Assembly (NCBI GenBank): GCA_003344405.1
Contig: NOWV01000128.1
Span: 62,001 to 126,000 of the forward strand
Source: Trichoplax sp. H2
Taxonomy: Eukaryota
Reading direction: 5' to 3'
Length of the DNA: 64,000 bases
Made by a program: the position numbers and the translations under genes. Under the pieces are notes generated by a model that saw only the letters and a list, made by a program, of their open reading frames with translations, did not search any database and was not told where the DNA came from. Shown piece by piece: positions 41,801 through 54,500 of the stretch (its first letter is position 1; every line of letters starts with the position of its first letter).

Positions 41801-44179
41801 CATTATTCTAACAGCAATTGATCGATTATAATAATTGGAGACTAGAATGTGTTATTCTAACCGAAATGATCAGCAACGATGAATACTGTATTAATTAAAC
41901 AGCGTGGTCTATATACAGTATAAAAAGTAGGCTACTCACCCTATTAATATAAAATTCATAAATAATAATATCGAAAGATTTTCAGTTACCTTTCGTAAAG
42001 CTTCTAGTTGTTGTATCTCGCCATTGTAGTTGTCGCTGTTTTCTTGGTAATTCTCGCTAATATACTAATTATCAATGGTTATAAGATAAAACTTGTCATT
42101 AGGAATAAACAAATAGCATTACTAACTCAAATAATAACTAGTTAGTACTGTTCTACAGAACTGGATTACAATTAGAAGTAAGCATCAGAAGTTGAATGCT
42201 GTTTTAGGCCACGTTTCATCTGCTGTCTAACTGGGATCATTTATGACAACTTTCTAAAGTATGATTACACTAAGTCTTGATCAATGCGTGAGTGACAGAA
42301 GTACAGAAAAGTTTAAAAGTGCAATTCGATTGAATTTCAACAAGGATCGACTTGTAAACTTTGCAATATTACTCGTATAAGAGTCAAGATTAGAAGTCAA
42401 TCGCTACTTTTATCTATCGACATGATCGATCGAATTGAACATCAATACAATATGGCGAATAACGGGTAAGGTGCTGAAACTGATGTATCGTATGGCAATT
42501 GTAAGTTACGTAGAATTGAATATCTATCAAAGATGGCTAATAAATGGTTAAAAGTGCAATTTGATTGAATTGCAACCAGGATTGACTTGTACACTTAGCA
42601 TTATTACATGTATAAGAGTCAAGATTAGAAGTCAATCGCTGCTTTCATCTATCGACATGATGGATCGAATTGAACATCAATACAACATGGCGAATAACGG
42701 GTAAGGTGTTAGAACTGATGTATGATATCTTCCCATTCATCAATTACATGGCAATTTCAAGTTATGCAGAACTGAATATCTATCAAAGATGGCTAATAAC
42801 GGGTTAAAAGTGCAATTTGATTGAATTGCAACCAGGATTGACTTGTACACTTTGCATTATTACATGTATAAGAGTCAAGATTAGAAGTCAATCGCTGCTT
42901 TCATCAATCGACATGATGGATCAAATTGAACATCAATACAACATGGCGAATAACGGGTAAGGTGCTGAAACTGATGTATCGTATGGTAATTTTAAGTTAC
43001 GTAGAATTGAATATCTATCAAAGATGGCTAATAACCCGTTATTAGCCATCTTGGTTAAGGTTGCAATTTGATTGAATTGCAACCAGGATTGACTTGTACA
43101 CTTAGCAATATTACTCGTATAAGAGTCAAGATTAGAAGTCAATCGCTGCTTTCATCTATCGACATGATGGATCGAATTGAACATCAATACAATATGGCGA
43201 ATAGCGGGTAAGGTGCTGAAACTGATGTATCGTATGGCAATTTTATGTTACGTAGAATTGAATATCTATCAAAGATGGCTAATAAATGGTTAAAAGTGCA
43301 ATTTGATTGAATTGCAACCAGGATTGACTTGTACACTTTGCATTATTACTTGTATAAGAGTCAAGATTAGAAGTCAATCGCTGCTTTCATCGATCGACAT
43401 GATGGATCGAATTGAACATCAATACAACATGGCGAATAACGGGTAAGGTACTGAAACTGATGTATGATATCTTTACATTCATCGATCCTATGGCCATTTC
43501 AAGTTCTGTTTCCTGTTAGTCACAATCAAGATGGAATTATCAACAACCTCTACAAGGATGTCAAGACTCAAGAAGGTAAAAATAACATCTTGACGTCATG
43601 ATTCCAATCCATGCAATATGGAGTAATCATCTGGAGAGTGCCGCCATGATTGCATAGTAACGAGTGTATTCGTCAGTCCTGATTGTGTCATCAAAGATCA
43701 GAGGCGATCGTTGTACCAGTAAGAGTTTGGCACAATATTGGTCAATGAAGCCATAGTGAAGGCATCGCTAGACGAACGACAATACTAATGTATATATCGA
43801 AATGGATTGAAAGAGTAGCATGACTGCGATCGTATCCAACATCAACAGTAGAAGACGAGAGCTATTTCTCTTCTCCATTTGTCCGTTGAACACAGCATCA
43901 TTGATGAAGACTGGACAATTGATCTACGCCGATTTTCAGTCCTATTGGCAATGAAAATCGCCTTCAATCTAGCAATGAAATGATTGGCAATTTGGCTGCA
44001 CTATCGCTTGATAATACATTGTCCCCTACAGTAGTATCGCTAGCACAACAAGCCATGTTATGTCATTGTCGATATTGTACTTTATGACGACTTACTGATT
44101 TCAAAGTAAGGCCAAATTCCACAGGTTTTGTCTCTTTTAAGCCAAAAGATAACATTGGACACCTTGGGCAAGCATCCAT
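32890..44179 (-). CDS. PTPN23: HD-PTP / tyrosine-protein phosphatase non-receptor type 23 ortholog (Bro1, V domain, Q/S/P-rich region, PTP-like domain)
   Basis: Exon 1 44179-44096 MDACPRCPMLSFGLKE (cf. MEAVPRMPMIWLDLKE); exon ~42064-41990 YISENYQENSDNYNGEIQQLEALRK; Bro1 motifs (GCLLLARYFCQL, FEQACILHNLGALH, KDNDFVYHE, DIFAKLVP); V-domain GIEFYKKF; long Q-rich exon ~36680-35109; PTP motifs YINSS, YIATQPP, DFWRMIWE, VHCSDGVGRTG; stop at 32890-32892. Confidence 0.92.
42310..43510. repeat. Tandem array of ~232-258-bp units (5 copies) in PTPN23 intron 1
   Basis: Units start near 42315, 42549, 42807, 43060 and 43292 and share tgcaatt..attgaatt.caa...taagagtcaagattagaagtcaatcgct...gggtaaggt. Confidence 0.93.
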
Positions 44180-44359
44180 TGCGAAAAATCGATGAGGATA
44201 CAACCACAGAGAAGATTGGACAAGTTATCCAGGCAAAGGTAGACGAACTGAGTGGAGTTGAATAACGTAGTACAGAGAAGTGACAACACCGTGGTATGAC
44301 ACTGGTATACGCATCATTCGCTGTTGGACTACACTGGCCTGGTAGGGTCAACTGGACAC

Positions 44360-45495
44360 TAGTGAGTGTACAGTACAGTGTCACCCTCCACTGCACCACT
44401 GTAACAGTGTCACTGCTTTTGGCATTGACCGAGTCGATGCGTCATGATCGCATCCATGATGTCATCCAGGTAAAATGACCCTCCTTATGACTATGACATC
44501 ATCAATGATACTAAGTATAGTATGTAAAGATGTCATGCAGATAAAATGGCCCTCCTTATGACTATGAATGACATCATGAATGATACTAGTGGTAAAGGAC
44601 AGTACTGTATGTAAAGTAGTGCTGTAGAGTGTAGACGTCGAGCGATTGGACGTCCAACGGACGTTCGATTTTGGACGTTCGGTATGTACGTTCGTTGTCA
44701 GATCGGACGTCGACGAACTGTACTGTACAGTGTACAGTACAGTGTATACAGTCAGTTTGTATAATCCCACCCCAATACTATACTGTACATACAGTACAGT
44801 ACTGTACAGTAGTACAAACGTCTTTTACAAGACTTTGTACAGTATTTCAGAGTCATGACTACAGTATACTGTACGCTGTTACGTACAGTACACTGTATGT
44901 ACAGTGTACTGTACAGTATACAGTATAGTCTTACCGTACTGTACACTGTACAGTGTACACTATATACTGTAGTGTTAACACTGTACACTGTGTACGTTGG
45001 TACGTTCAATGAACGTCCGACGTTCAAATTGGACGTTCGTACGTTCGTTCATTAAAACTGGCTAACGTCCACAGTACTAATGTAAAGTACAGTTATATAC
45101 AGTACACACTACAGTACTTACCTCCTATAGTACAGTACAGTACAGTACATACTGAAGATCTACAGTACGGTGTACAGTACTGTACTGTACTGTAGTTTAA
45201 CTCTTTACAGTGTACAGTTTACAGTACAGCCTTTATGTACTGTACTGTACGTACGTACTGTACTGTATAAGTGTTATACGTACCTTCATCGCCTCGCCTC
45301 TGCGCAGAATCCCATAGTACATCAGTGAACATCTACGGTGTACAGTGTACAGTACTGTACCTCTGAACATCTACGGTACAGTGTACTGTACTGTACTGTT
45401 GTTAACTCTTTACAGTGTACAGTGTACCGTACAGCCTACATGTACTGTACTTCACGTACTGTACTGTACTGTACTGTACTGTACTGTACTGCAGA
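44360..45495. repeat. (CTGTA/TACAG)n-rich low-complexity satellite with ACGT-rich sub-blocks and internal duplications
   Basis: Dense tacag/ctgta/gtac; pure (GTACT)7 at 45456-45490; ~72-bp duplication at 44458-44615; gacgttc-rich blocks at 44635-44715 and 44990-45050; ~90-bp duplication at 45158 and 45369. Confidence 0.85.
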
Positions 45496-45834
45496 GTGCA
45501 CATTGGGCATTCACAAGTCACAACATGATGGAGAATTGGACGATCAGAGCGGCTTGCTGAATTGAAATCTTACATCTGCAATAACAAATTAATATTGGGC
45601 CAAAAATCTTCCGTAGTGGGAGGCGCTTGCAATTGCCTAAGCCTTTCTTACAAGCCTGCTACCTTGAACGTGTCCCACTGGACCTGAACCCGCAACGATC
45701 ATTCGTGCAACCGTTGCCACAGTAACATTCAGCGAATCTACTGTACAGATTGCAAATTCATTCATACTGAACATTGATTGTAATTAATTACTGGCCAAGT
45801 GGACAGAGAGGATTTAGCAGAGGTGCTGTGACAA

Positions 45835-48084
45835 ATGTCTGGATTTCACCATGGCTATTCTATCTGGAGTTTATTTTCCATGTTTTATTGTGTTCTGCTC
45901 GCATCCTGTTTAGTGGTGGTATCAGCACAACCTGGCGATGCAAGGAGAACAAGCCAACATCCGTGGTCTTACAAATCCAAAATTGATTGCAGCCCTGGCC
46001 ATTATCCACCAGATTATTGTACATTAACCAAGGCTTATTTTCATCATTCTGATCGCATTTTCTATCTCAATACCACTCATTCAATTCCTAATCCTGCATG
46101 GAGTACCCAATTGTGGACGACTAAAACGGTCAACATCAAATCCGATATTCAATGCCATCACCTTTACCATAAAGCTTTTATATTTACATTTTTTTTCTAT
46201 TATGGTCATTCCAACAATTTCCATCTTCATTATGACACCTTAATACCCATTTACAGCCAGTTGAGATTTATTGAAAGTAGCAATCAACTGCCTTTAAGCA
46301 ATCAATCAATTGTCTTAATGCCAACAGTGGAAAAAAAACGAATGGAAGTACGTCTTTAATTTAAATTTATATTCTATGTGAACAGTATCGAATCGATAGC
46401 ATGTGATTCCTATCATGATATCTAAGATAGACGGATATAGAATAGAATAAATTAATCGGTACAGTATTCCTTTAATGCATTAATCATGTACACATGAGAA
46501 TAGGCTACATAAGCCATTCTTGATATCTTATAAAAACTCATTCAGTATAAAATGCAATGACCTTGCTTTGATACTTTGACTCAATTGAGTGGCACAGCTG
46601 CCATGCGCTTGCATTGTTATGTAGTCATTCTGGGACTGTGTTTTAAATCCATATCCATACAATTCTAACCCTAAAAATCCCTGATTCTATTGGTGTAGAT
46701 TCTAGATTGGGACACCGATGCTTTCACAAGTACTTATAAAGATAGCTATTTTATGGAAGCGCTGAAGGTTGGCTAATTCATAGTTGAAAGTGGATAAAAT
46801 GATAGAAAATCAATTGATACTTTGACTGTTCTACTCAATACTGTTGCAGTGATTAGTGATACACGTATATTGGTACGACATGCTAGGGATATGAATGATT
46901 AATTATTATTGTTTACTATGGTTAAAGCTAAATTTGCTAATTAATCGTTATCAAGGATTAAAATGACTTGCTTCCAATACAAAGGTATTAACTGGTCCTC
47001 ATGCCTTCTTACCCATGTCAAAAGCTTCATTTAATCAGTACCCTAACGCTAAAACGTGCTTTGAAGAAGCAAAACTAGGAGTGAGTACAGTATAGTAATA
47101 TAATGAACTTACAGGAAACTCTTGTTATTTGATTCGTTTCAAAATTTCTTCACTGTGATAGGTATAGTTGAGGCTTACTTCACTGTCATTCTACAACTGA
47201 CAATTTACAGTATATAATCTGTATGATATTGATCTTACTCAGAAATATTTGAGAATGATTAGTATTTAAACTCATATGTTGATACTCTCTTTAGACTCCT
47301 AGAGTTGAATTTACTGACAAAAAACTCATTCAAGGATATATAAGCTTTATTCTTAGGAGGTTACGTATAAAAAAAACTACACCTAAGGCTGCTCGAATAG
47401 CTTTAATTAAGCGGTAAGTCTTGAAGAGCTAAAATGAAGGGCATGCTTGAGTTTCTAGTATTAATCAGTCTTCGAGTATTATATTTGTAATGTAATAAAA
47501 TCTTAGTTTTAAAAACACACAATGCTATTCTTAGAACCAATCGCCGATTAATTCTAAATCAAGATGAACTCATCAATTCTGTTAAAAGCTTGGCTAATAT
47601 CGAGCTAGTCGATTTTAATGGAATGACATTTAAGCAGCAGGTAATACAAATTAGTCAATTTCAGAGTACATTAATTTATTATTCATTGCAATAACTTGTA
47701 TCAGACTTTCATAGTTGACATTAAATTTGCATGTACTGAAATATCTAGGTAAAATTGATGCGGAAATATTCGGTGCTAATTGGTATGAACGGAGCTGGTC
47801 TAATGAATGGTTTATTTTTGCCAAAAGGTGCTGTAAACATTCAGCTTGTACCATACAAAGCTCAACTTAACTTCAAGGAATTTGGCTCATTGCTTAGCGT
47901 TCGAGGTCCTTACTTAGAGTGGCATAATCAACACGAACATTTGAATCGTGATGTTCCTGGTGATAATTATCACGGCCAAGCAGATACTATAGTTAAAGTG
48001 GATGAATTTGTAGAACTTATAAAAAAAGCGTTAAATACAGGTCTTAACGCTAAATTGCAAAAACGAGTAAAGACGGAACTATGA
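45835..48084 (+). CDS. Glycosyltransferase family 61 (EOGT/POMGNT2-like) protein with hydrophobic N-terminus and C-terminal KTEL
   Basis: Exons 45835(or 45880)-46347, 46699-46767, 46985-47080, 47295-47413, 47535-47640, 47749-48084. Motifs NFHLHYDTLIPIY, TCF..AKLG, RTNRRLILNQDEL, MTFKQQV, VLIGMNGAGLMNGLFLPKGA.NIQLVPY; ends KTEL*. Confidence 0.85.
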
Positions 48085-48579
48085 TAATACAAGTAATTTC
48101 CTACAATTTGGTCAAGAGCTATAACATCTTCTCGTGTTATATGTATTTGTACGCTTTAGACTGATAAACTAAAATACTGTGGATGTATATATAATACACA
48201 TATACACGACATCTCATGAAGTGTACAAATAGATAGTGTTAAAATGTTCAAGTAGAGCAGCCGTTAATCCTCTTTGTAATTCAGTTGTCATTTTAAGTTG
48301 TATAAATTGTGTGCTTTCATACTTAAAACTTGAATAAATCTCATTTATCTTAAAATTTACGCGAACGTAATAAATAATATTATATAGCAATTACCTGCTT
48401 GTGCCAAAAATTTTATCGGCATTTTTCTATATCGATCTGGATTATATTTACTACAAAATTATTATTCTTTTGATGGGAATTCGAGATACTGAACTTGATT
48501 TACGGGTTTATGAATGGATTATTGTCAGTTACTCTCTAAGTAAGTAATGCGGATAAATTTTTTCATACTATCAAATCCT

Positions 48580-51500
48580 CATTTATTCACGAAATGCACA
48601 ACATCGACATTGCCATCTGCATAGTATAACATATTAAATCTATGAGGCCCTGCTTAATATAGGACAGTGATAGTACGATGCTATCGCAAATAAATTTTGC
48701 GTTACGAAAGACTTTTACTTTAAAGAGTCTCCATCGGTACGGATTAAAAGGACAGTCTAATTTTATAAAATTTACCGTCTTAGTATTAAATTAATCAATT
48801 TCTAATCATAATTTAGCAAATATTAAGTTATGTAAGATATTTCATCGGAACATATAGATATAAATAAAGTGTTAAGTTTAATTCTACTATAAATGCAATA
48901 AAGCCTGCTTATAAAAACGTCAAATCGAAACTTTAATCTGGAATATTAGTACACGTGAATTCTTAATTACTGAAATAAAAAAGTGTTATAGTTGCACTAG
49001 TTAGTGTAAGAATTCTTACTTAGCATTTGGATAGATTGATTTAAATTTTCCTTTGAATAAGTATGTTTGAAAATTATTCTTAGGTTGTTCATAATTACGG
49101 CAGATGGCCTTGGCTATTGGTCCTTCAGCAATATTAGTATCATCAAAAACTGTTTAATATATAACTGCCACTTCACGCTACTAATCATATAGTAAATCTT
49201 GCAATCAGTAAAACATACTTTTAGTGTATTTAGTCGAACTTTATTTTCTAATACAAACATTATATAAAACGTAATTGAAAGAATGTCCCTCTGTAAGTCA
49301 AATTCGTATTTTAAGAAATAAAAAATAGAAATGAATACTTTTAACGTTATTACACTTACTGCAGCTTGACATAGTTTAAACCATGCGTTTATTCCTAGTC
49401 ATAAAGCCCTTAGACTTGAGAGCTAACAGTAACTTGCGAAGCTAAATTGAATACGTTCGAGATTAATGCAGATAAAGCCGTATTTGTCTACCGTCAAAGT
49501 TTAGCAAATGCTGATTTTAGGGATAAATTTATAATTTAAAATAGCTTAAAAGTATCCTAATGCTGTTATTAGAAGTGTAATCTTAAGTTTATAAATCTAT
49601 ATTCGCCGCGTCGATAAGTTGAAAAAATTTAAGCGAAAATAGATATCGTAAGACAGTTAACAAGACTTACAAGTTAGCGTAAAAATACTGATAGGATACA
49701 AAAATCAAAATGATTCATTTTTCGTTAGAAATAATCGATTTAAAAAAAGTGCTATACATTGGAAGATACTTTACCGTTTAATTTGAATTTCTGTCCTTGC
49801 ATTTCATGATATTTGAGGACCACCGATATTGAGCTTTTTAGTGGTTGGCATATAGCAAAATGTCAGTGCATCTAGGTCGGATTTGATTATTTACTACCGG
49901 GTTCAGTAATTAATTTGATGACAGTAAACTTTTCCAATCCAACAGTAATAAATGCGGACTGGTCACTATTCCATTTTATAGCCTTAATATCATACGAAGG
50001 GAATGGTAACTCGTACAGAAATTGCAGAGATTTTGCATCATAGATGCAAATTTTTAGTTTTTTCTCTTCAAAGTTGTCATCAAATACTAAGAAAAATCGA
50101 TCCGACCATAAATTTTGCACATTGAAATAATTACATCTCTTAATCAAAATCACTTTGTCCTTGTAGCCTTTCTTAAAAACTTTCTTTTTTACATCGAAGC
50201 ACTACAGATGAATAAATATCCATGATTACAGCAAAGTACCAGTGGAAAAAGGTTTTCTAATTTTTTTATGCATCGTCTTACGTACCGTGACATGGTCTCC
50301 CTTTTTGACTAGAAAATAGGCGTTATAACGAAGATCAAGACAATCCACCTGATATCATTAAATTACCAAACAAACCAATATTACAATGAATAATATTAGA
50401 TTTATTCTTACTTAAAATAGTAACGGGTTAGTAAACGAAGGAATTGATTCATATCAGTACGAGACTTGCCATAGTATTTCCATCATTCTCCCCCCACTTT
50501 TCAAATATTTCCTCATTTTTCTCGAAATTAGGATATAAAAATTCAACCTCGGGATCAGATGTTAAAGGATCATCTGGTAGAATTATTCTACCACACAAAC
50601 CAAGGTCTTCATCGTATTGAAAAGCTTCTGTATATTCTGTTTCCTTCGTTTCATCACCTATTTTATACCGCTGTATAATCAAAAATATTTTACTTGAGGG
50701 TACTTAATTGACATAAAATATTGAGCATTGCATTGATCATACTTTAAATCGATGATAAAGAGCAATTAGCTGTATAAATATATCAGTATTTTGACTGCTT
50801 TCATGATAACATTATATGCATATATAGTCTTTTCATGAATTACCGCTACTATCAAGTCCTCGGGTCGTTCTTCCATGCAAGTTACCAGATAGGAATCGTC
50901 GCAATAACTGACAGTAATATTATAGCAAATGTCTTCATCGACGAAGATATTCGTATGTCCATTATGGTAATTTATGGTTATTACCATAAGTTGTTTTTCG
51001 GTCTCAAAATCGAGAGAATCATCAGTAGAAGGTTCAAGCTAAGGTTAGTAAAAGGAGAACACAGATAATTATGCTTTAATATCATGTCCATAATTACTAA
51101 AATGAATTGATGATTAAGATCAACTTAAGTAGTCCTCTAAGTTTTTTTTTAACAAATAATGCATTCGGACGCCATTAACATAGCCGTATCATGAGACATT
51201 ACGTACCATAATATAGGGTTCATAATTACCTTTGCTATAACTACAAATATTAACGTTTCATCGCGCTTTCTATATCTTGCCTCCATAACGAACACAGATT
51301 TAATTTTGTCAGGTATTCTAAAACGGTACTGGACCTTCTTCTGGTTGTTTGGAATGGTATGCTTGTTTAATATGTCGATCAACTAAATATATAAATATAA
51401 TTATGAATGCAATAAGCACATTATTAAAACTGATATACCAATATAGTTATGCGAATCTAATTTACAATTATCTACGCTTAGAGAAGGCTAAATTTATCTA

Positions 51501-54500
51501 TGTATCCGAAGTTGCAGAATCCTTTCTAGTGCAGGCTTATGTAATGAATACGATTTTAGCCCATAATGTTCACAATTCGCTATCGCCAAATTTGAGTAGT
51601 CAAAATATCATCTTATCAACCATAATCCATGATTGCTTATAAAGAACAGTCAAATCTTCTACATCACTTAATGCTTTATTTCATATAAATATCAAATTTT
51701 CAAAATAAGTAACTGCTGTAACTCGTTACAATCACTATAGTTACTTAAAGTGTGAATATTTCTATTCCATTACATGTATATTATCACATTTTATAATTTA
51801 GTTTTTATTTAAATAACTTTAGGATCTACTGTATATTTTTTTATCATCAAAGCATATTGAAATTGGCCATTACCTCAGTAATTAAAAGATGATCATGGAT
51901 CACTAAATCTTCTCCATAGCAATCGATATGATTACATTCACACCTTCCAAATAGAAAAACTGATGGGAAATCATCGCATATTGCACATGCATAATATTCT
52001 TGATCCAAATCATGACATGATATTATTGATAATGTCTCTCCTTGATAAATCTAAAGTAAAGAATTGGATAAAAAAATTGATAGATTAGTAAAACGGTTAA
52101 AATAATATTATAAGCAGTCAACATTAATCTCTTACCTTTAGCTGATATTTGTTGAAATCCTCATTAATTTCGGTTTCGATCAAGTGCGTAGCAAAGGGAA
52201 TATTGTTAGCAAATGCTATATTTGCCTGGCAATATTTATGGTAAACTTTTCGTTCTAAATAGCTTCTGTAAGAATCGTTACATAAATTTTGGTGAGCTTC
52301 TCTGGTCCGCCATGGTTGATTTTCAGCTATGATAAAATTTCAAATCATATACGCATAAAAGTCGTCAATATTGATAAAAAATAACTAATAACTGCTGCAT
52401 GTTTGCTCAAAAATAATGATAAGCTTACTGTCTAGATTATATTCGTATAAGGATAAATAATTGGATAAGCAGATTGGAAGAGTTCCATAAGCAAGCACAT
52501 GATGAGTTCCGGGTATAAACATTTTCTCATGCAAGACATTAGGTGTTGTGATCTTCAAATATGATTCGATTTCGCCATTTGTAACATTAATTATCCACAT
52601 CTGCAAGGATAAAATATTTATGTCATTAAGTACAGTATAGCAAATCAAAATGATCATATAACTGAGATCGTAAATTATATTATGCATTGTGTAGCAGCAT
52701 GCTTACTGAGTCTTCGGTCATGCTAATTCCTAGGTAATGATGGTCGCTTGAGCTAATGATTTTTCTTATATTTCTAGATGACATACGTTTACCTTCAAAT
52801 AGAAGCTTACAATGCTTAACTAGCTCTTGACTTGAACTAATATTCTCATTTGTTAATTTTACAAGCGCCAAATTTTCTTTATAGGCTAAGATTATCCATG
52901 TATCATCATCACCTCCAGGTAGTACGATTTGTAAAGATTGACCATGTTCAAATTTAGAAGATATTTGGAGAAAATTTTCTGAGAGATAAACCCAATCAGG
53001 TACCTGAAATAGCCGTAGGCATTGCCATGTTTCTACATCCCAAATCTATTTCGTCGTCAATATAATATTATTTTTAAAGATTTGGCGGGATTTATTTTAA
53101 CAACTCCTATTTCATATACTTTCTTAAATATTCAGGAAATTTATTTATTTCGGTACTAACTTCTATTTGGCATTCATTTCTCCATTCCATGGCTTTACGC
53201 TTATTGCTAGAATCATATTCATAATTTTTAAACCATAATAAAAGTTTCAAGCCATTTCTAATAAATTGGCATGATTGTATCTCGTTTGTATAAGAATTTT
53301 GCTTATTCATCGCTTGAATTTGATTATCGCGAATCTGCCAGATCTGTAATATAGCATAAATAATTCCTGGTATCGTCTATTTCATTTGATAAAATTAATA
53401 AGTAATTTTAGCCCTTGCTACTTATATTCAGGATGTATCTCTGACCTTAACGGTTTTCTTATCCATGGATTGCGTCATAATAATACAATCATTGCCCGGG
53501 TGAAAGTCTAAATTTCGAAATGATAAGCTCGATTCGGTAGCCTCATTATCGTCCATAAAGGAAAGTTGCTGTTTGGTATCAACGTTATAGATGATCCAGT
53601 TCCAATCGGATGTCTATCATTAAATATGAGCTCAACGTTATATACCAAAATATTGATATTTGGCCAGCAATATAGTAATAATAGTATGTTTAAAATTAGA
53701 TTTATTAGCTTTTGCAGAGGATCAAGTAGATCAACTGTAGATGAAAGAATACTAACTAAAACACTCCGAGAGCATCAGAAATCTATTAGCACGATAAATG
53801 ACGATAATGAAATTTAATATGGTCAATTCCAACATGCTCATACTTAATTCGTCATATATTATTACGCAAATTAAAAGCTTAAAATAAATAATCGTGTACT
53901 GAGACTTCAAATTTATAACAATTAGTTTAACTTGATTTGCAAAGCTAGTTTATGCTTATTTTGAACAAAAACTAATGAGAGCAATGTTTAAAGAATAACG
54001 ATATTCGCCAAAACTGAAAAATTTAATTTTAATTAAATGTAAAAGAATGAATCTATCTACGGGGTAATTCAATTTGAGTAGCATATTGCATTCTTAACAT
54101 TGGTTTACAAATCACCTGAACATCAGCGTAGGCATAAGCTATCAAAGATCCATTTTGCAGAAATTTTTGTACTTTGAATTGCATGATTAGCGGGAGTTAT
54201 TTCAAGAATAACTTTCGAAGAAAGATAGTGGCGGACCTGTATGAGCGCATGCATTTATATACTTCGTCAAATTTAACATTTTATTCATGTACAAATAATA
54301 CAGATAGGCAAACTAAAATCAGATAGAAATTGGCTTTTTAATTAGTTCATTTTTGGTTCTAAAACTGCCTACCGTAATGGAATATTGTTTTAAATCAATC
54401 GTGTTGGCATGGACAATCCTTAAATCACCATATTTTGGACTAGAGCAGTTGATAATGTCCCGAGTATTGCTACTGTCAATAATAGATCTATATCCAGTAT

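Noticed and set aside
42310-43510. CRISPR-like array or coding repeat (ORF 42933-43142)
   Set aside because: Whole ~240-bp units repeat with no unique spacers; eukaryotic intron; the ORF has no recognisable motif.
44082-44399. 105-aa ORF as the first PTPN23 exon
   Set aside because: The homologous N-terminus (MDACPRCPM) is in a different frame at 44179-44096.
44296-45565. Cluster of Tyr/Cys/Thr/Val-rich ORFs on both strands
   Set aside because: Translation artefacts of the stop-poor TACAG/CTGTA satellite.
45835-48084. Functional link between the EOGT-like gene and the EGF-bearing LOX genes
   Set aside because: Only proximity, with an unrelated gene in between; animal gene neighbourhoods rarely imply a pathway.
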